Shown here: in pieces, positions 1 to 7,785 of the stretch | How positions within the stretch are numbered: position 1 is the stretch's first letter | Layout: the number at the start of each line of letters is the position of its first letter | Source of the DNA: a virus | Lineage: Duplodnaviria; Caudoviricetes | IMG/VR virus record: IMGVR_UViG_3300006810_000304 | Location: 1-27,145 of that record | Length of the DNA: 27,145 nucleotides | Strand: one strand, 5' to 3' | Program-made: the position numbers and the translations under genes | The notes under the pieces: model-generated | Seen by the model: the letters and a program-made list of their open reading frames with translations, nothing else | Database searches by the model: none | Told to the model about the DNA's origin: nothing

Positions 1-2612
1 ACAACTCTAGGATTAGAACCACCAGCATCAGCGTAAGATCCCATCATTTCAAACGCTGTGCTGTTATTCAAATATGATTCAATTACGGAGCAATGCGTAG
101 AATCAAGACGAGAGTAAATTCTTGTAGCATATGTTGTATAATTACCTGCTGCCCTTAGTTGTAGTGAACCATCAACATCTAATTTTACTGCGGGGTTATC
201 GGTGCCAATACCAACATTACCACCGCTTAATATTGTTAGTTTTCCAGTTCCAGATCCAGAAATATTTCCGCCTGTTCCTAAAATGAGTGTATCGGATGAG
301 TTACCATACAGTATATAACCAGAATCAACTCTGTCTGAATCTCCAAAAAGTACGCCAGTATTTCCAGAGTCACTTGATATTATAGAAATATATTGACTAT
401 CTGATCCATATATTTGTAATTTTTGACTTGGATTATCGGTGCCGATGCCGACATTTCCAGATGAAGTTACACGAACTTTTTCTGTCACGTTTGGGCCGCC
501 AGGCCCTCTAGTTCCTATCGTTAATGCTCCATTAGTGTCACTTGCGTTTTCACTGACTACAGCTATACCAGCATAACAAGAACTACCTGTAGTGGCAGAA
601 ACACAACCTAAAATTAAATTAGTATAACCACCATTTGTTGCATTATCTAAAAATGTATGTGTATGTCCATTAAAATTAGTTGGAGAATATGTAGTTGCAT
701 CATTTTTTCTAACAAAAAGTTTTATATTATATGTATTATCCGTTCCGATACCAACATTGCCAGTTGAAGTTATACGAAGTGCTTCTCCAACTCCTCCAAT
801 ATAAAGTCCTATAGTTGAACCTTGAAGACCATTTGGAGCATAAGCAGAAGTTACTCTGTTATAAGAAACAATCGCCTGAGCATTATTTGGATTGAACTCT
901 AGTCCAGTAGAACCATTACTTACAACTAGTTTTCCCTCTGGATTATTAGTCCCGATGCCGACATTGCCAGAGGCAGCAATTCGCATAGCAGGAGCTATAC
1001 CGTTGATGTTATCAGTTGCTCCGTTTGCTGTTGTGCCTGCGTTGACAGAAAAATCTATTTTATTATTTCCTCCACCACTATCACAAGCAATGATCAATCT
1101 ATCTCCGCCTGCCTCGTATCCAAAATAACCAACGCCATATCCAGAAGCATGAGTTACTAATAAAGCATCCCCTCCATTATCTGCTCCTATGGTTAAATGA
1201 CGAGTACCAGTTGAACCACTATCCGTAAAATCACCAGCTGCGGAAAGCGTTCCTAAACGCACATTTCCTCCTACATCTAGTTTTTGTGCTGGGTTTGTGC
1301 TGCCAATGCCTACGTTTCCGTTTATATCAATTCGAACCTGCTCAGAAAGAACTTCTGATGTATTTGCAGTGTTAAAGGTTAAAGCAGAAGCATCTTGAGT
1401 ACCCCTATCTACGGTATTAATTGCCGCAACTACTCTTCCTCTACCTGAGTTTTGGCCGCTATTTGATCTAAATGCTATGTTATGACCAATCTTATTAGAG
1501 GTATATGATCCTGTTGCTGATTCTACAGATATGGCATAGTCTCCAGGATCAGCTGATAACGTTGTTGATGAACTAAATGATCCTCCATATACATGTAATT
1601 TTGACGCCGGATTTATGGTGCCGATGCCGACATTGCCAGTTGAAGATACTACTATAGGTGTTCTGGCATATGAACCATTTACATCGTATTGATTTATTCC
1701 AAATGAACCTGTGCCGCCGCCGCCAGATCTGTCGTTGACACTAACACTAAGATTTCCACTGTTATCATCACTAGCAAGTTCAATCCAATTATATCCACCA
1801 GAAGATACTTGTAATCTTGCTGCAGTAACAGCAGAAGCACGAATATCTACTTTTTTTATTGGATTATCAGTGCCAATGCCGACATTACCAGTTGAAGTTA
1901 TACGAAGTCTTTCATCACCATTAGAATATAACGTAGTAAAATACGTTCCAGAACTATTATCTGCACCCATTCTTACTTCGCCAGTAGAAGTATTTGCGGA
2001 AAATACCGCTACTTGACCAGCACCACCGCCAGTCCAGTTTATAGCATATTTTGGAACTGTTCCTCCAATATCTGTAGATAATCTTATATTTCCTTCTTCT
2101 ATTTCTAATTTTTCTTGTGGATTATCAGTCCCGATGCCGACATTTCCATCTTGGGATATTGTTACTGCCTCAATTTGAGACCCTTCTTGATTATCAGAAA
2201 AAATAGACAACGAGTTATTATTCCCAAGACGACCCCCCATATACTTAATGGAGAATCCATATGCAGCAGAATCGGATTCTCCATCATGATCTAGTACACC
2301 CTCACCATCAACTCTCAATAATGTAACATTATTGTCGCCACCACCAGCACCAACACGGATTGCAGTGCCGTTGTGTTCACTTATAAGACGAATGGTGGAT
2401 GCTGATGTTTTTCCGAAGTCAAGTGTGTATTGTGGGTCAATGGTGCCAATACCAACTCTGTTTGTGTCCTCGTCGATAAATAACGTTCCGCTATCAAAGT
2501 TTACATCACCACCTGTCTGGGTCAATCCACCACCATTAATCCTCAGACTAGTCGAGGTGTTTACACTCTCGGGGATAAAGATTGCGTCTACGTCGTTGCC
2601 GATATATGCCAT
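1..2612 (-). CDS. Long modular tail fibre / receptor-binding protein with GNVGIGT repeats (runs off the window start; absent from the ORF track)
   Basis: ATG at 2612-2610 preceded by GAAGGAG SD. Manual translation MAYIGNDVDAIFIPESVNTSTSLRINGGG... stays open to base 1. Nine (G)NVGIGT-x-NP-type motifs are separated by variable Gly/Ser/Thr-rich segments, as in phage fibre proteins. Confidence 0.85.
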   Translation of the reverse strand, partial: MAYIGNDVDAIFIPESVNTSTSLRINGGGLTQTGGDVNFDSGTLFIDEDTNRVGIGTIDPQYTLDFGKTSASTIRLISEHNGTAIRVGAGGGDNNVTLLRVDGEGVLDHDGESDSAAYGFSIKYMGGRLGNNNSLSIFSDNQEGSQIEAVTISQDGNVGIGTDNPQEKLEIEEGNIRLSTDIGGTVPKYAINWTGGGAGQVAVFSANTSTGEVRMGADNSSGTYFTTLYSNGDERLRITSTGNVGIGTDNPIKKVDIRASAVTAARLQVSSGGYNWIELASDDNSGNLSVSVNDRSGGGGTGSFGINQYDVNGSYARTPIVVSSTGNVGIGTINPASKLHVYGGSFSSSTTLSADPGDYAISVESATGSYTSNKIGHNIAFRSNSGQNSGRGRVVAAINTVDRGTQDASALTFNTANTSEVLSEQVRIDINGNVGIGSTNPAQKLDVGGNVRLGTLSAAGDFTDSGSTGTRHLTIGADNGGDALLVTHASGYGVGYFGYEAGGDRLIIACDSGGGNNKIDFSVNAGTTANGATDNINGIAPAMRIAASGNVGIGTNNPEGKLVVSNGSTGLEFNPNNAQAIVSYNRVTSAYAPNGLQGSTIGLYIGGVGEALRITSTGNVGIGTDNTYNIKLFVRKNDATTYSPTNFNGHTHTFLDNATNGGYTNLILGCVSATTGSSCYAGIAVVSENASDTNGALTIGTRGPGGPNVTEKVRVTSSGNVGIGTDNPSQKLQIYGSDSQYISIISSDSGNTGVLFGDSDRVDSGYILYGNSSDTLILGTGGNISGSGTGKLTILSGGNVGIGTDNPAVKLDVDGSLQLRAAGNYTTYATRIYSRLDSTHCSVIESYLNNSTAFEMMGSYADAGGSNPRV

Positions 2613-2630
2613 GGTTAATATAACTCCTTC

Positions 2631-3011
2631 TTATGAGGTGATTTCTAGAGCGTTTACAATTACATCGAGAGAGTCGACTGTGTCTGAGGTCACAGTGATC
2701 TTATCACCCGCCCCCGCCGAGCCGTTATATTCCATGATAAGTTTCTGCCCGGCCATAATCTCCAACGTCGAGCCAGACGGAATTGGGATATTTTTTGCCA
2801 AGTAAACATCATCTGAAGGAGCCGCAGTTGTTCCTGTTGCAGGGCGGTCAATCTGCACGTCTACGTTAATCGGTGTGGTGGCAATGTTTGATAATGAAAT
2901 GCCAATAACAATTGTTGTTTTTCCTGAAGCGCCGCCCAGTTCAACTTGATATGCCGTTTCAGTTGAGGTACCAACGGATGATTTTGAATATGATTTGAAG
3001 GTATTTGCCAT
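2631..3011 (-). CDS. Small virion structural protein (MANTFK... type, fibre-associated)
   Basis: 126-aa beta-rich ORF with AGGA SD, inside the fibre operon; N-terminus and LAKNIPIPSGSTLEI motif resemble small structural proteins of aquatic phages. Confidence 0.6.
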   Translation of the reverse strand: MANTFKSYSKSSVGTSTETAYQVELGGASGKTTIVIGISLSNIATTPINVDVQIDRPATGTTAAPSDDVYLAKNIPIPSGSTLEIMAGQKLIMEYNGSAGAGDKITVTSDTVDSLDVIVNALEITS

Positions 3012-3026
3012 GACAGTTTGTTTTCC

Positions 3027-3263
3027 TTATCCTAGTGCAATTGCCAAGGCAATGACATCGTCCACAGTTGCGTTGCCGCTATTTAAGTCGTTAATTGCAG
3101 CGACTACATTTGTCTTAACGCTCGTAGTTAATGCTGTAAGATCCCCGACATCAACTAACTGACCAGTGTTTGTAATTACCTCTCTGGTCGGAGTTCCGCT
3201 GCTATCTACTCCAGTACCCGCAGTCAGGCCATGCCTGACGTGAAAATGCTTATTTGTTGCCAT
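3027..3263 (-). CDS. Small fibre-associated structural protein
   Basis: 78 aa with N-terminal HFHVRHGL, internal VGDLTALTTSVKTNVVAAINDL (fibre-type repeat) and C-terminal DDVIALAIALG; preceded by a GTTTAAAG motif. Confidence 0.6.
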   Translation of the reverse strand: MATNKHFHVRHGLTAGTGVDSSGTPTREVITNTGQLVDVGDLTALTTSVKTNVVAAINDLNSGNATVDDVIALAIALG

Positions 3264-3308
3264 AGGTTCACTGTCCCCTGTGCCAAATTGTATATTATCT
3301 ATTTAAGA

Positions 3309-3316
3309 CTTTAAAC
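3309..3316 (-). promoter_or_regulatory. GTTTAAAG motif, putative late promoter
   Basis: Intergenic, 45 nt upstream of ATG 3263. Confidence 0.65.
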
Positions 3317-3330
3317 AAAAGAACGGGAGG

Positions 3331-5343
3331 TTATGAAAGTACAGCAGTTCTTACAGCCTTTATCTCAATCTCGCCTTTAGTGGCTTCGTATCTAGAGAAG
3401 TATATCTCAACATCAGATCCATTAATCCCAGCAGAAAAATCTCCCATGCGAGCATTGAGCGTAGATGCTGTGCCATAATCCACAAGATCGACATCGGTGC
3501 CGTTGTGCACCACAAGAAGCTCGGTGATTTGGTAATTTGGAGTGAAACCTGGGCCGCCAAGGCTTAACTGAACAAAAAACTTAGCAGAGCGGTATGTTGT
3601 AGAGAAGGAATCAATTACTGTAGAAGTGGAGAAAGATGTCCGTGCTGGTTGATCAGAAGTGCTTACTTTGGTTTGAGTCTTACTTGCAGAGTTGCCATCC
3701 CAAAGAAAATCATACGCACCAAACTTAATCTCGTCGGAGAGATTGATCTCATACTCCCCATCTTGAGCAACAAATGTGCTGAAATTATATGTGTTAATTC
3801 TATGAGCTACGGCATTATCGCCCGTGACCCCAATCCACATATACCCATCTTGAAGCTGAGCAACATCATTAACATCTGGGTGGTTTACAAATAACCTCCC
3901 GCTGGCGCCATCTTCGTTGAATAAGATTGCAACTGGTTGTCTTATGCCATCAACGACAGACGGTGGGGTAAATGTCAACCCGCCACCATTTGCCACATAA
4001 AGTATTCTTCCAGAGTCGTCTGCCCCGCCAATCTCACCAGTGATCCCGGTCGTGTCTATACCGACCATCTCTCCGTATACCGTTGCAACTCCGTAGCCAT
4101 TTGCCGGGATTTCGGCGTTAGTGACCCCAATGGCATTCATTCTAGAGTTAGCGCCAGCATCAGCAATGCCGACGGTCGCCATTTTCTTGATCGGGTCAAA
4201 ACCTACAAAATACACGGGGGTAAGCGCAGGTATCGCCCCTCCTCCAGAGTTTTTGACGTTAATGGTCACAGAAGACGTACCCACTTCTGAAACAACACCA
4301 TTAGTCCGACTATATACTCTTACGTTACCATTAAGAGTGTTTTGATAAATATCCCAGCGGCCTTCTGCAATTTGAGAGGTGTCTGGAGTATCGGCCAATT
4401 CTTTAACTTTAAAATTCCCAGACTGAATTACGTTATAGTTCTGATCTAAAATAAGCTTAGGAGAATAGGAAATTTTTACGTTTCCTGTAGCAAGCACATT
4501 ACTACTTCCGTCATAGAGCTTAAAGGTATGCAGCGTAGCCTCAGCCACAGTATAGTTACCAGAAGCCACGCCGCCGGGTGTTGTTCCGTCGTTGAGATAC
4601 TGATCTACAAATATTTCTTCACCGTTGAAAAACCCGTGATCATTGTATGTGAATGTGGATTCAGTAGCTCCTGTAACAGAGTCTGTTTGAAAAGATATTG
4701 CCGACTCTGAGCTAAATGTGACCACGTCAGAAGTAACATCGATGTCAGAAGAATCGATTACAAGATTATTTGCATTAAGCAAAACTCCGGTGGCAAAGTT
4801 GTGCTCGTCATTGATGACAAGAGTATTTGCTTTGGAGACATCTGTTTCATCATCCGAAGGGATAGTGGTTGCGTATCCTCTCAGCGCGGTCTTATCATTT
4901 ATCTTAAGTCTGTTTCTTTCTGTGTGAATATAATCTTCGCCATCTGCCCCGTCTTTAAATTGATCTAAGTAATCATCAAGGATTGCATAAGTTCCGGCTC
5001 CGATGTGAATCCAGTCACCAGCACCTCCGTTGGTGTATTTATTCCACACCCAGAGTTGTACTTTACCTTCTGGGTCTAAAGGATCTTGTTTCTTTAGCCA
5101 TAGCTCACCATGAGACAGATCTGGCCAGCCATCGATTGCTACAGATGGGTTTGGTGGATCCGCAGAATAAAAAACCCCACCGACTTTTCTAATATCGTTT
5201 TGATTATCTCTAATGTATAGAGAGATATCATCTTCGTCGTAATTTACGGCAATCTCACCGGCTTGGATGTCCGTGGAAAGTGGTCTTTTATTAAAAACTT
5301 GAGACCTTCTGTGAAGGATTACGTCTCTTGGTGAACCTGCCAT
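3331..5343 (-). CDS. Multi-domain tail fibre / virion structural protein
   Basis: 670 aa. N-terminal RRS...P...GEIAVNY fibre-attachment motif, central cement-like segment (VYFVG...ADA...AIGV) and C-terminal IDSF..TYRSAKFFVQ...YQITELLVVHNG domain typical of cyanomyophage structural proteins. Confidence 0.7.
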   Translation of the reverse strand: MAGSPRDVILHRRSQVFNKRPLSTDIQAGEIAVNYDEDDISLYIRDNQNDIRKVGGVFYSADPPNPSVAIDGWPDLSHGELWLKKQDPLDPEGKVQLWVWNKYTNGGAGDWIHIGAGTYAILDDYLDQFKDGADGEDYIHTERNRLKINDKTALRGYATTIPSDDETDVSKANTLVINDEHNFATGVLLNANNLVIDSSDIDVTSDVVTFSSESAISFQTDSVTGATESTFTYNDHGFFNGEEIFVDQYLNDGTTPGGVASGNYTVAEATLHTFKLYDGSSNVLATGNVKISYSPKLILDQNYNVIQSGNFKVKELADTPDTSQIAEGRWDIYQNTLNGNVRVYSRTNGVVSEVGTSSVTINVKNSGGGAIPALTPVYFVGFDPIKKMATVGIADAGANSRMNAIGVTNAEIPANGYGVATVYGEMVGIDTTGITGEIGGADDSGRILYVANGGGLTFTPPSVVDGIRQPVAILFNEDGASGRLFVNHPDVNDVAQLQDGYMWIGVTGDNAVAHRINTYNFSTFVAQDGEYEINLSDEIKFGAYDFLWDGNSASKTQTKVSTSDQPARTSFSTSTVIDSFSTTYRSAKFFVQLSLGGPGFTPNYQITELLVVHNGTDVDLVDYGTASTLNARMGDFSAGINGSDVEIYFSRYEATKGEIEIKAVRTAVLS

Positions 5344-5344
5344 T

Positions 5345-6178
5345 TTAGTATTCTAAAGCGTCAACTAAGTAATTTTCATCGGATTCTTGGAGAACATTAT
5401 CAATTGTCTCAGTGATAAACGTTTCCATGTAGAGCTTATTTACAGCATCAAACTCATTTACAGGATCGGCAACGTCGCCAATGCGTTTCTTATTGACATT
5501 AAGAGCAACCTCTCCTGTATTTACATTTTCACCTATAAATACTTTATTTACAAATTTTGCCTTACCATCGGCGTAAATTGCACCGAGGTAATCTGTGGCA
5601 GAATTCTCCCATCTCTGAACTTCTGTAGTTGCAGAGTTGTTTGAAGAACGAACAATTAAACTTACTGGTAAGTTATTAGAGTCGGGATCAATTGTTACGT
5701 CTGTGAGACTTGTTGGCGACTTAGAAACGTAGTCTCCGGTAATAGATAACGCAGCAATCAACCCATCTACGTCTGTTTTTGTATATAGAACAGATTTTTG
5801 ATAGTAGTTCTCTGCTAGGGTCGTATTGATTTGGCTAAATTGAGAAGATACGCTACTATTTACATAAGTAGTAGATGCATATGCAGATAAGTTTAGATCA
5901 TCAATAAGCTGATCAATTTCTAGTTTTGTGTATAAAGCATTTTTTTGATATACACTAGAAGTGTCTGCTTTTGTATCTAAATACTTATCAACTTCTCTTT
6001 TTGTGTAAAAATCTCTTAGGTTAATTGAGCCGGGTGATTGTGTACCGCCTCTAAAAACATTTGGATTAGACTCTACAACTCTAGACGGAACAACCTGTTG
6101 TCTAGGTGATTGAATTATACCACCACCGCTAGGGCCACAATTTCCAGAGGAGCTATTACCACCAAATACGTTTGCCAT
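5345..6178 (-). CDS. Fibre-like virion protein with YTKxE(V/I)D repeats
   Basis: Repeats FYTKREVD, LYTKLEID, LYTKTDVD and a C-terminal RIGDVADPVNEFDAVNKLY motif, both characteristic of trimeric fibre stalks. Confidence 0.65.
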   Translation of the reverse strand: MANVFGGNSSSGNCGPSGGGIIQSPRQQVVPSRVVESNPNVFRGGTQSPGSINLRDFYTKREVDKYLDTKADTSSVYQKNALYTKLEIDQLIDDLNLSAYASTTYVNSSVSSQFSQINTTLAENYYQKSVLYTKTDVDGLIAALSITGDYVSKSPTSLTDVTIDPDSNNLPVSLIVRSSNNSATTEVQRWENSATDYLGAIYADGKAKFVNKVFIGENVNTGEVALNVNKKRIGDVADPVNEFDAVNKLYMETFITETIDNVLQESDENYLVDALEY

Positions 6179-6192
6179 ATCTTACCTTAAAC

Positions 6193-7209
6193 TTATAGGC
6201 TATCAATTTCTTCTTGAGTTAATACTTTTCTTGTTTGTATCTTTGCTGCTTCATTTAGGTCCTCGTGATTATCGCAACAAAGGGTGTTACCTTTTAAATC
6301 GTAATAAGGAATAGGTTGCTCTACGTAATGACCTTCTGATCCAATTTGTACAAACTGATAATTTGGCAATCCTGTGGCAGATTGCGGACCTAAACATTTA
6401 TTATACCCAGAGTTAACACAATATAACTTATCCCAATACAAATACTTTACGCCATTCTCATCGGCAACCGGCTCATCATACGGGAACTTGGCATGAGCTC
6501 TTGCGTAGTATTCACCAGTTGGAATAGGCTTAATATTAATCCAAAGACAAAAAGCATCACTACACTCGGATTCTATTAGGACAAAGTCACCGGGCTTGTA
6601 ATAATAGTCTTTTTTAATTCTATAAGTTTCCCAGTGGTCACTATCTGGAACAATAAGATCCTCGTTCCAATTTGACTCAGCTTCGCCCCAATTCTCAAGA
6701 TATAAATCAAGAACATATGGTCTATATCTTTCTTTTAGTTCTTCTATTGTGGGTAGCTGCGCAGGTTCTGAAACTCTAATGCTGCAAACTTTATCCCACT
6801 TAGTTCTATCTAAAGGTGGAGAAAGAGCTGGGATATCTTCTGTTGCTTCATAGAGTGATATCAAATATCCGTCGTCCTCTATGTATAAGACCCGATCTCC
6901 TACGAAATACGCAATTGTTTCTCTATATAAAGAGATAGACCATTTGTCATTTGTCTCTGCGTAATTGAGGTTAAAAGTGCTAGGGGTTATTTTCCAAGGA
7001 AAGTCTATTCCGCCCCATGACTTATATACCCCCTTCTGAAACTCATAAAACTCATAGGTATCCAACAATTCTTGCAATGATATACCGCAAGAATTTTTAT
7101 CTTTACAAGAGTCAGTGGGAGAGACAGGATCTGTATTTATATTAACGGCTTTAAGGCTCTCTACTTGGTCCTCATTTAGACACTTTTGTTGTCCGAATAA
7201 GTTTACCAT
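6193..7209 (-). CDS. Putative virion protein with two Y-x-x-GD-x-V modules
   Basis: 338-aa ORF, Cys/Trp/Tyr-rich, located between the tail tube and fibre genes. Confidence 0.55.
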   Translation of the reverse strand: MVNLFGQQKCLNEDQVESLKAVNINTDPVSPTDSCKDKNSCGISLQELLDTYEFYEFQKGVYKSWGGIDFPWKITPSTFNLNYAETNDKWSISLYRETIAYFVGDRVLYIEDDGYLISLYEATEDIPALSPPLDRTKWDKVCSIRVSEPAQLPTIEELKERYRPYVLDLYLENWGEAESNWNEDLIVPDSDHWETYRIKKDYYYKPGDFVLIESECSDAFCLWINIKPIPTGEYYARAHAKFPYDEPVADENGVKYLYWDKLYCVNSGYNKCLGPQSATGLPNYQFVQIGSEGHYVEQPIPYYDLKGNTLCCDNHEDLNEAAKIQTRKVLTQEEIDSL

Positions 7210-7305
7210 AGATTATCTATCTCCGGCAAATCGAAGGGGCAGGTTTACGCGTACTACGTAGCTATTTTTTATCTGCATTTCATCGCCCCCGATTATATAC
7301 CTATA

Positions 7306-7734
7306 TCAGTTATAGGTAAATGTATCCATTACAAATGTAAGCTCTAGAGTCGATACGTTTGTAGATGATCTGTCTGCCTGACCAAAGTTCAGTGATGTAA
7401 TCTGAGCATCGGGAACTGTAATTGTTCTATTGCCAAGTGGGCTTGGATCTTCACCGCAGCTGACAGGAGTCACTGTAAGGGTGATATATGAACAATCGTA
7501 TGTCTTCCAGAAGTCAACAATATCGGCGTGCTTTTCTGGGTCGAAAGGAACAGAAAGAGTTACTTCAGCAAGAGTACGAGGACCCTTGAGCTGGAAAATA
7601 CGACCTCTTACACCGTCGGCATACTGTGTAGTACCAGAGGTGTCTCTGATTCCAGAGAAAGTAGTGAAGTAGTGCTGGAAGGGGGAAGCCTGGATCCAGT
7701 ACTGGGCTTGAGTAATTGGCTTATATGCTAACAT
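7306..7734 (-). CDS. Tail tube protein (T4 gp19-like fold)
   Basis: 142 aa. FTTFSGI...Y.DG...QLKGPRTLAEVTLS...DFW...DRSSTNVSTLELTF follows the gp19-family pattern, and a contractile sheath is present in the window. Confidence 0.75.
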   Translation of the reverse strand: MLAYKPITQAQYWIQASPFQHYFTTFSGIRDTSGTTQYADGVRGRIFQLKGPRTLAEVTLSVPFDPEKHADIVDFWKTYDCSYITLTVTPVSCGEDPSPLGNRTITVPDAQITSLNFGQADRSSTNVSTLELTFVMDTFTYN

Positions 7735-7769
7735 AGTACGTTATGTATAATGCAATATTTCTAATAACT

Positions 7770-7777
7770 ATTTAAAC
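7770..7777 (-). promoter_or_regulatory. GTTTAAAT variant, putative late promoter of the tail tube gene
   Basis: Intergenic, 35 nt upstream of ATG 7734; one mismatch to consensus. Confidence 0.55.
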
Positions 7778-7785
7778 TATATGCA

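Noticed and set aside
190-2470. CRISPR array or DGR template/variable repeat pair
   Set aside because: The repeats are degenerate, in frame and protein-coding with 200-350 bp spacing; no cas or reverse transcriptase gene and no adenine-specific variation were seen.
892-2805. Plus-strand ORFs with repeated 'VPMPTLP' peptides
   Set aside because: They are antisense shadows of the GNVGIGT repeats in the real minus-strand fibre gene.
6185-6192. GTTTAAGG variant before ATG 6178
   Set aside because: One mismatch and only 6 nt from the start; equally explained as an AAGG SD next to stop codons.
7210-7305. tRNA or tmRNA (possible suppressor) in the spacer
   Set aside because: No cloverleaf, correctly placed T-arm or CCA end could be built on either strand.
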